DNA of 64,000 nt, from NCBI RefSeq assembly GCF_009914755.1, contig NC_060926.1. One strand, 5' to 3'. A program made the translations under genes and the position numbers. Shown here in pieces: positions 53,969 to 64,000 of this stretch. The notes beneath the pieces are model-generated. The model ran no database searches. It was not told the DNA's origin and saw nothing but the letters and a program-made list of their open reading frames with translations. Numbering within the stretch: position 1 is the first letter of the stretch; each line of letters opens with the position of its first letter. This DNA is from the human T2T-CHM13v2.0 reference genome, Homo sapiens.

Positions 53969-56178
53969 AACAAGGCTACTTAAAAAGCTATCTTTCTTAC
54001 TCTACATGATCGCCTTGTCTCTGTGGTGAACTTCTAGGAAATGTAAATTTGCTTTTCTTTTTTTTTTTTCCTTTTGTGCATGAGAAAGTGGCAACTTTGC
54101 AAAAACAAGCCAGGCATCTGTTCACTTTTTGTAGAAACGGAGAAACAATATTGTGATTTTTTTTTTTTAAAAAGAGAGAAACTCCTAGCTCCTATAACAA
54201 TTTTTGTTGAAGAAATATTCATGTTAGAATGACTAGCCATTATTACGCACTAATAAGGTATAACTGTGTGGTGCTAGACATTAAAAATATAAGAGTTTTC
54301 CCTAAAAGGAACATTTATTTCCAGGAGCAGGAAAACAGCAGCAGGGTTTTATGGTCCCACCGCTCATGCACAGTGTACAGTAAGTGCTACAGAAACATTA
54401 GCGTATAAGTGCCCATTAGCCTCGCACAGAAGAATCCAGGGCCCATTACTCAGACTTCTAAAGGCTCAATATTGGATCACTGTTATCAAACTAAGATTAG
54501 CTAAAAATTTACCTGGTACTTCCTTAGAAATGACCTCATCAATTTAATACAAATTTGGCAGATGGGGTATTTTGTTATCCTGATGGCCAATTTTGACTTT
54601 TACAGGAAAATGCAGTCTTTGAAATCTTGTCTTAAATATGGGCATGCCATTTTTTTTTTTGCCTTCTTTAGATACTTTGGGGGTTTGAAGATTTACTCAA
54701 GCTAATGACCCACTTTTACTCACAGCATGCATTTGCATTACACAATTAGGCAACATTCACCAAACATTCATCAAACAATATGGAATCTGGACTTTTAGCA
54801 AGAGGGGAAAGCAACATCTGGATAAAATTATCAGCTGGATTTAGGGATGAAAACTCGGCTCATTGCTTTCTCAGTTTTACATTATAAAACCAGCCAGGCC
54901 CCTAAAGTGAACTGCTCAGGATAATCGTAAGCAGGGGCTTATTATTGCAGAGGCCACTGTACTTTAGAATTTGCTTGAGGATCCATTTATAAATAAATGC
55001 CACCTCAAGAGTCCTTTCTCATTGTGCTTTGCAACCATAATTAGACAAGCCGTTTCTGCAGTGGCCTCTAGTAATTCACTTGTAAAGAAATTTTTCTCAA
55101 ATTTTTATACTTACTGAATTCTGTACATTTTATTTCAAAATAAATATATTCATTCATTCATTGTTTTCATCAATCTTTCAGTCTGCAAATGTCCACAAAA
55201 GGCTTGTAAGCAGCATGAAATAGTAGACAGACACAGAAACTAATTAATTTCACCACAGTGTGGATAAAGCTGCAACCGAGGTGGATGCAAAGCAGCTGGG
55301 AGAGATTTGATTAGCCCGGGAGGGCAGGAGCAACCCAAGAAGGCTTCCAGGGAAGGCTGTGATTAAACCGAATATTAAAGGTTGAGAATGAATGTATTCA
55401 GGTCGTCGCTGAAAAAAGGAGAGCTATTCTTAATTGACGAGCATGTTTGGAGAAGTCAATAAGCTGAGATAAAGGAGACAGCACGCTGTTGCAGAAGAAT
55501 GGTGGTTGATGCTGTCAAACAAATGTACGTTCTGCCGCAAGGTGCTGCTTAGTCTGGCCGAGTGAGCCTGGTCTTCTTATCTGTCAAATGGGAGTAATAT
55601 CCCCAGTTCACAGGGCGTGGCCGAGGAGGAAATGGAAGTGAGTATAGAAGGGCCTGTTTAGTGCCACATGCAATTATCAAAGGGTAGCAATTGACTTTCT
55701 GTGGGACATACCATATAAATCTATAGTCTTGCTTTTATTTTCTTTCCGTTCATTTCTCTGATCTTCCTAATACTTCTTTTAACTTTGAAAAAAAAAAAGT
55801 TAACGTCTAAACCTCACCTGATACACTGACTACGCACTTGGATGCCTTTGGGGATGAAAAAAAATGAGTAGGGGTGAGGAAGGTAAATATTACAATCACA
55901 TTAGAGGGAACGGCCATTTGTCAGTGGCGAGGCTCCACCTTTCCCTTAAAACATGCAGCTTTCACTCTCCTTGAATGGAGCGTGCTGAATGTTATTGCTA
56001 GCTACCTTTCAAATATGCACTATTATCACATTTTAAAACATTTTTGACACTGAGGTGTTCTTGAGTAATATTCCAACATAATCTAGTATTCAATATTTAA
56101 GGACAAATATTAAGAATTTGTGTTAAATTTTTAAAAACTCAGAAAATCTGTCTTTAAGAGCATATTACATCAGAGTAA

Positions 56179-56541
<363 letters not shown>

Positions 56542-57749
56542 CTGTGGTTCACAAATGTAAATATGAAATATGAAGAATGTTTTTGGCTGTATTCTTTTAA
56601 ATGCATATCTCTTAGTCTATAGTATCTTCTCCCATGGAAGTTCTCTCTAAGCCTCATGCCCTCACAGCAGGGCTCAGAGGCCTTGGCAGTTGAAAATCTT
56701 TCTGCTGGTAGCAAGCGTCCAACCCTTATTTTGGAATATGGCTCCTTAAGCAAGTGTAACTTTCCCCTCCAAGGAGCACATGCTGGAGCACGATACGGGG
56801 GCTGGTACAAATCAGCATTTGTAAACTGACTTTCAGAGTCCTCCATGTGCCAGAGAATCCTTTCTAGGTCTCAGCACCAAGGCGTGGTGGCTGCTACTGG
56901 TGACCTTGTCACTTGATTCTCTTCAACAGTGGCGCAGGTGCTTCTCCTTTAGGTTAAGTGTTGAGTTGTGACTTTGTATTCTTGCCTCCCGACTTCTCTC
57001 CCACTCCTGTCACCTCAATGCCTAGATGTGATAAATACATGTTAGGTTCATTAATTAATGCAAAACTAATGAATGCCTAAGACTTGCAATGTACAGTGCA
57101 TAAAGAGAGTTACCCAGTTGGTGTCTTAGCAGCTAAGGTGATTCAGGGACAGGACTTTGCAATATGTATTATTAAGGGGCGTCCAACATCTCCCTGATGT
57201 TGCCTTAAAAGACTTCAGAGGTAGTTTAGCCAGTTTCAAAACCTCATGCTACAGTTTCACAAGCATGTAAATGTATTTCTATTCATTAGAAATAAGGGTA
57301 GGAGATTGGATCAAATAGCAAGTTTGAACACATGATTTTATGGTACTATGGAGAGTTTGACTTTTCTTAAATTATCACTATTATCAAAGGAAATGTTCGC
57401 AGAACTCCACATCCAGGGAGCAGGACTCTATCTCCTGTGCAGACTGGTGGCTGGTCCTCACAGCTGCTGGCCATCTCCCAGGAGTCCCCGGATGGCTCTC
57501 ACTTCTGTGTCCATGGTAACCTTGCAAAAACATCCCTAATTCTGCCCACCTGTAGAGCTGGCCACCTATCTCCCCATTGTCAACAGATCATTTCGGGTGT
57601 GTCACAGTACTTGGAAACCATAAGGTGCAATTTCTATCCACCTATTTTCCCAAAGATGGAAAACTTTTTTTCCCTTTGGGCTTCTTTTGCTCTTGCAGTG
57701 GAAACAGCATCTCTCTTCCCGGCTGGGGCTAATTCTTCTATCTGGGTCC

Positions 57750-59560
57750 AAGCTCCACCCTTCCTGGCACCTTTCTGGATTCACTTTTATCTTCCTTTTC
57801 TATAATCTTCAGCCTTTCCCTGCATACTGGTTCCTTCCTGCCATTAAGCACATATCTCAAGTGTCAGCAAACATGAAAGAAAAAAACTCAAACCTCAAAG
57901 TCCCCAAAACACATTCCCTTCTAGTCACCACATTCTCTCTCGTCAGCTTCTCAGACATGTTTACACACTCTGCTCTTTCTTCCTCACCTGACGTCTCACT
58001 TCTATCCCCGCCCTGAGACACTCTTGCCAAAGTGTTGGAGCTTTCTCTGCGTGTCCAAATCCAAAGGGTACTTTAAAATCCTTATTGTTCTTGGCTGCTG
58101 TGAACATTTGGCCGGTGTTTCCACTCTTCCTTTTGACTATGGCCTGCTTATCTAGGGCCTTCTTCTCAGGTCACTTTATTGCTTTTTTGTTTTCTGCTCA
58201 GTCTTTAAATGAAGATCTCCTTACCCATTCTGCCTCTGGCTTTTCTTCTCCCTCCGCAATCCCACTTTACTCATAACACGCTTCCCCACAATGTCTTCCC
58301 AGCCCGGACCTCTCTTCCTGGGTTCCCTGTGCATGGTTCTACTTGCCCGCTCACCTTCTGCTCTCAAAGGCATCCCCAAACTCAACACAGCCCAATTTGA
58401 GCTCATTAGCAACTTCTCTGTCCCCTGAAAAATGTGCCTTTTCTTTATTATCCTCCTTCTCCATAAATGGCACCACTCCTCCCCCGGTGCCCAAGGCAGG
58501 GATGAGACCCAGGTGTCATGAAGACAGCCATGGAAGCAAGCTCACCACTCCTATCTCACTGCCCCCCGCAGGAGATGACCACTGCTGGGAGCCGAGTAGC
58601 TGCCCTCAGCTGCTGCCAGGCCTCAGTGTGCTGTGGGCTCACGCTCAGACCATCCCCTCCCTGGTTGCTCCCTCCCTGGTTGCTCCCAGCAATGTCCATG
58701 CCCCGTAGGATTCCTCTAATGGGCTTCTTTTTGCTCCAGGACACCCTGCAGCCTGGCCAAGACTGGCTGAGAAATGCTGCTGTTGGAAGCTCTCCAACCC
58801 AGCCTCCTTCCATCCTCTGCTTCCGCAGGCAGCAGAGCCTCTGGCATGTGTGAAGGCTCTCCTCCCGGCTCCCACTCCTGCTCTCCTTTATTTCTTGACA
58901 TCTCTGTGCCACCCTCTTGTTCAGGTTGCAGGCAGATCCTCTCTCCAGACCCTTGAGACCGCCTCTTGCTTTGCTGCCTACCTTTCCTGTGCTGTACAGT
59001 GACCTTCCAAATGCAAACCTGACCAAGCCGTGCTCCAGCTTCAGACCCTTAAAAACTCCCCACGACCCTCAGTCCAAACTCCTTCATTAGATTTATGGGA
59101 GCCTTCAGGCCTTTGCTGTGTGGCTCCCATTCAGCTTCTTGGCTTTGTCTCTGTAGGCCAGGCTTGCTGCCACATGGTGAACTTGTTTTAGTTGCTCAGA
59201 AGCTGAGGATAGGTATTTGCCATTCTCTTTGTCTACAGACTGGCTAGCATCTACTGCAAACTTGTCCCTCGAGTCTTACCTTATTTGTCCATTTCTCCAA
59301 AATGCTTCCATCCATGCCACGCGCCCTGCCTGCATTCCACTGGGCTTGATGCTCTTGTTTGAGCTTTCTGTAGAACACTGCACTTGATTTTATGTCTTTT
59401 CACTTTTCAGGTTGAATTACATCACTTACTCAATTGTCCATCTCCTTTAACAAAATAAGGACAGAGAGGCACTGGCCCGATGCTTCCCTTGCTCATCAAT
59501 GTATTTTGTGCAGCTCACACAAACCTGGCTCCATGGATATGTGTTATGTAAATGAAGAAA
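57750..59560 (+). mobile_element. Long degenerate L2 element
   Basis: Pyrimidine-rich L2-type sequence (GAGACACTCTTGCCAAAGT, CCATAAATGGCACCAC, CCAAATGCAAACCTGACC) ending in a TGAA-type tail. Confidence 0.65.
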
Positions 59561-60890
59561 TGAGGGAAAAAATAAATGTCTGCTTAAATACATGGATAAG
59601 TGATTAAAAGACTTATTTCTCTAGAGAACCACGAAGGAAGGCAGATGAAGCTGTAAGGACATGGAGAAGCAAAATGCTGCAAATCTATTTTTTGGTGGAG
59701 TAGATGATTATGTGGCCAAGTATACTTCAGGCTTAAGAGTAGACAAAGAAACAAAAATATTTCTCTTTCCAGTTTTATGTCTCCCAACCCCTAAAACACA
59801 GAACCTTTCACTCAGAGAGACTCTCATTAATTGAGCTGTGACTTGAAAGTATACATTATCACTGAGATAGCTATAACATGCATACATTTTTTTAATTTCT
59901 CAGGAGTAAACGATCCCAATTGCAGTTTATCTGTGGTTCATCTGGCTTCTTCTCACACCACCTCTGTTGACATGGGAGGCCTGCCGGCCACACATCCAGG
60001 AAGTATGAAATCAGCGGGGTTCCTCCCCTTCTTGCTCCAGGGAAGCCTGAGAGGGACTCTGCAGATTGCATTTGGAATCCATCTGCCAGGTAATGCTCTC
60101 TAGTCTTTGCCAAGCAGGAGCTGCAAGGTGGGGAACCTTGCTAGACAGAGCTCCTCGTTTCAGTCTGGCTTGTCACTTACAGTAAATCAGTTGAAGGCGG
60201 AGCATAAATACAGGCTTTCTTTCCCAGATCCCAACACTGCCCGGTTGCACAAGCCAAAACAAGATGAGGGATTTTTCTCCTTCCTCTCTGACAGGGCAAA
60301 ACTCCTTTGGAGGTTAGACTCTTGGTATGTGCACACACCCAAAGAAGCCCTTCTTTATGTGAATTTTTGTGAATTTTCCTGCCCTCTCAAATGTGAGCGA
60401 TTTTGGCAAAATATTGCGTTTCACCTCTATCATTCTCCTATCATTGTCAGTATAACAGAAAGTGTTGTTTTGTTCCTTTAACAGACTTGTCTATTTTAGT
60501 TGTCAAATAGAAACAAACATACACTTGAATGTAACAGCACATTATTCAAAATAAAACTAATAATACATAATTTTAAGTTGTATTTGTCATGGTACCCTTC
60601 ATGAAGCTCTTGATATTTTTGCTTCATTTGATGGAAGTTTATGGAGTTCCTTCTATAATATGTGCCAGGTCTCATGCAAAGGGGTTTCTCTCTGCTCATG
60701 ACCAACTTGGAATGGGGGTGTTGTTAAGTGCAGGGTGCAGATGAGACAATTGGGCCTCCATGACCTAACTCCCAGTGTAAGCCTCCTAAGGTAGCCTCCC
60801 GGAATCCTCTCTCATCCCATACCATCTCTTCCTTATGAGACCTTCCCAAGCAGCTACGTGCCCAGGGTACCTGTTCAATATACTGGGTCT

Positions 60891-61513
60891 CTCGGTCTCT
60901 TTTGAATCCTCTTCAACTGTCATGTTATATTTTTTCACAAAGCTTCATCTTGGCTCGGGCAGAAGTGATCAGGCTTTCTCAGGAAATCTCCCACAGTCTC
61001 CAGGAGAGAAGCTGAGGGTGGAGGCCAGAGATTTATAAGAGGAGGGAATTGAAAAGTGGCAGGCTGTAGGACTGTATTGCCAGTGCACTGGGGCATTCTG
61101 ATTTGCTGTTTGCAGGATTCTTGTGGCCAAGGCCTGAGCACTTCAGAAAGTGCAATGTGCCACCTACCTGCATCAGCATCACCTGGCCTGCTTGTTACAA
61201 ATCAGATTCCTGGTGCCAGGACCTCTTGGTGAAGATAGGGAGAGGCCTAGGCCTCACCCGCAGCCCAGGCGCCTGTCCAGCCCCTGCCCTGCCACCCTAG
61301 TAGTAGAGCATGCAGGCAGGTGAGACAGGTGTGTCCTGGTTTGTGACCTGGGTTAGGATTGCCCTCTATTCCTTAGTCTTCTCTTCTCATAAATCTCTGG
61401 CCTCCACTCTCAGCCTCTGTCCTGGACACTGTGGGAGATTTCCTGAGAAAGGATTATCACTGCTGCCAGAGCCCAAGATGATGGATGCTTTGGGGAAAAA
61501 AAAGAAAGAAAAG

Positions 61514-61599
<86 letters not shown>

Positions 61600-61601
61600 A
61601 A

Positions 61602-61638
<37 letters not shown>

Positions 61639-61669
61639 GCTTGAAGAAGAGGATGCAAAAGAGACCGTG
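60891..61669. repeat. Inverted repeat pair (arms 60891-61044 and 61381-61669)
   Basis: CTTTCTCAGGAAATCTCCCACAG...GGAGGCCAGAGATTTAT appears on both strands; the ORF track shows the near-identical peptide FSGNLPQ..LRVEARDL on + and -. Confidence 0.92.
61496..61637. repeat. (GAAA)n/(GA)n polypurine microsatellite
   Basis: Direct reading. Confidence 0.97.
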
Positions 61670-62318
61670 TGGGCTTGTGAGAGGCAGAGGCGCTCCTCTG
61701 AAACCTGTGAGGAAATCTGAGCTGGAGAGAGGAGAAGCCTCAGCCACGGAGGGAGAAGTTTCCCCAGGGGTCTCTCATGGTGGCCCCAGGGTGAGGAGAG
61801 CCACTGAAGGAGATTCACCTGAGACACCACATCACGAAGGAGGACTGTGGCCATCAGAGGCACTGGGAAGGGAAGCCTGAGAGGGACCAGGCAGATTGCA
61901 TTGCATAATGTCAAGGTAGAGGAGCAGCCTGGATTCTCAGGTTACAGAGCTGTGGGCTTTGTGGGCAGGAGCACCTCGGCCTGAAGCCACTTCTGCATGT
62001 GCTATCCTCCTATCCTAGGCACTTCCACAGACCTTTCCCAGCCTAAATTTTCACATCCGTGATATTCAGATCACATTTCTTCCTACTCTAAGGTTAGAGT
62101 GAGGATTAAAACAGGAAATGCTGGTAGGGACTTGGCAGAATGCTGGGCCCTAACACATCATAGGCCATTAAAGAACATTGGCTGGGCTGTTTGTTGCCAG
62201 CGAGGGGGTTGTTTGGGACCCAGAGAGCTGCCTGGAGGACTTGATGAGCTCAGAAACTAGTCTGTGATATGAGGCGGATTAAAATGATGGCTAAGGGAAG
62301 GAATAAAGCATAGCCTAG

Positions 62319-62661
<343 letters not shown>

Positions 62662-63109
62662 GGCTAATTTGTTTTGTATGCTGGGGATGACATCTAGATG
62701 AGCCTTTCATCAGGAAGAGTTTCTGCATTTTGAATGCTGTTCTAGAGTCAGCTAGAGACAATCCCTGCAAAATAACTTATCTAAAAGCTCTTTCAAACTC
62801 CTCCCCGGGCAGCCTCACTATGCTCACCAGAATGCTAGATGTGAATGTGCATTCGGTGAGTACTGGCTGGGCCTGAAACATCGTCTTGTGGGATTCTGGA
62901 GACACCAAAACCCAAAGGACAATTTAAAGAGCAAAGAGCCATTGCTACCTTCAATGTTTTGAAGCCTCTGCCACCCTCAATGATCTTGGCAACCCTATTT
63001 GCTTCAAGAGGAAAACAAATAACCAAAATAAACCCAAATGCTAGGAGAACAAGAAACTGTTAGATAAATGTGTCTCACAGATCATGGGAAAGCCCCTTTG
63101 GATGAGTGT

Positions 63110-63270
63110 GGCTTTGTTTTGTTGGTTTCAAATCTCAGCCATTTGCTAGCTGTGTGATTTGAGCAAGTGGTCTGCACTTCCTGAACTTCATGTGTACAAT
63201 AAGGCTGAACATACCCTCACTTACACTTTCAATCTGCAGATCAAATGGAAGGTTCAGTCCCCCCCACCCC
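63110..63270 (+). mobile_element. MIR
   Basis: GGTTTCAAATCTCAGCCATTTGCTAGCTGTGTGATTTGAGCAAGT. Confidence 0.65.
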
Positions 63271-64000
63271 CATCTAGTAAATACTCCAGGGCTTGCCGGT
63301 TTTCTTTTGCTTTTCTCTTTTCTTCTCCCCTTTCCTTGAAGATTGGTCAGGAGGAAGGATTTTGTTTTCCAGAAAGGGTTGCAATTGAATTCTGAGCCCA
63401 CCTCACCTAAGGCTAGCCTTAAAGTTATTTAAATGCAGAAAATTAACATATTTTTTGATTAACTTAACCAACTTTTATAACATACCTGAAAAGAAGAAGG
63501 CCCAATACAAAGGGCCAGCTTTGAAGGCATCTTCTGAATGCCACTGAATGTGGTCTTGCTGGATCTGTGAGAGAAGTTCAAAGAAATGAGTATTTTTGTA
63601 TGGAAAGTGACCTGACCTAGCCTATTTAAAGTTCAAAAGCTAAGTGTGTCAGGAGGACAGATTGCAGGGGCTGTCAGAACGCCCGGGCAGCCACAACTCC
63701 ACAACTCCTCACGGAAGCACACCTCAGGTGGTTCAGGGATTGGGAGGGAGGCAGAACCATGTTTGGGGCAGACAGGTGAGCTGTGTAAATTCCAGAGCTT
63801 ATCATGGACTGTAAGGCACGGGTTCTCAGCCTTGTGGATTTCAGAGCAGAAAAATGTGCCGAAGAAGCCGGAGGACAGACATAAAGTTGACAACTCCGCC
63901 TTTTGCCAAATAAGAGAATTAAGAAACAAGCTGACCCCTTTTCATAAAAGAAAAAACTTTCAATACCGAAAAGCAGAAGGTTACAGTCTTGAAGGACTGG

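Noticed and set aside
61310-61914. Lys/Glu/Arg-rich and Phe/Leu/Ser-rich ORFs
   Set aside because: Translations of the (GAAA)n microsatellite

Overview
Human (primate) genomic DNA that I recognise as the SOX11 locus on chr2p25.2. The only supportable protein-coding gene is intronless SOX11 (+ strand, 10149-11474, 441 aa SoxC HMG-box transcription factor). It lies in a ~3 kb CpG island and has a ~7.3 kb, essentially transposon-free 3'UTR ending at an AATAAA at 18788. A second CpG island lies inside the 3'UTR. About 4 kb past the poly(A) site is a 1.6 kb G-rich 22-bp VNTR with a third CpG island next to it. The rest is gene-desert DNA with Alu, L1, L2, MIR, MaLR/ERVL LTR and hAT relics. Most notable observations: (1) a cluster of seed-imperfect, 3'-compensatory let-7-like sites in the proximal 3'UTR; (2) a proximal poly(A) signal directly followed by an intra-3'UTR CpG island that could drive 3'UTR-only RNAs; (3) an immunoglobulin-switch-like GAGCT/GGGGT VNTR downstream of a mantle-cell-lymphoma oncogene; (4) a nested direct-plus-inverted repeat at 60-62 kb, with a microsatellite in only one arm; (5) a very young AluYa-lineage insertion. 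Repeat subfamily calls and boundaries were made by eye and are approximate. No database search was run.
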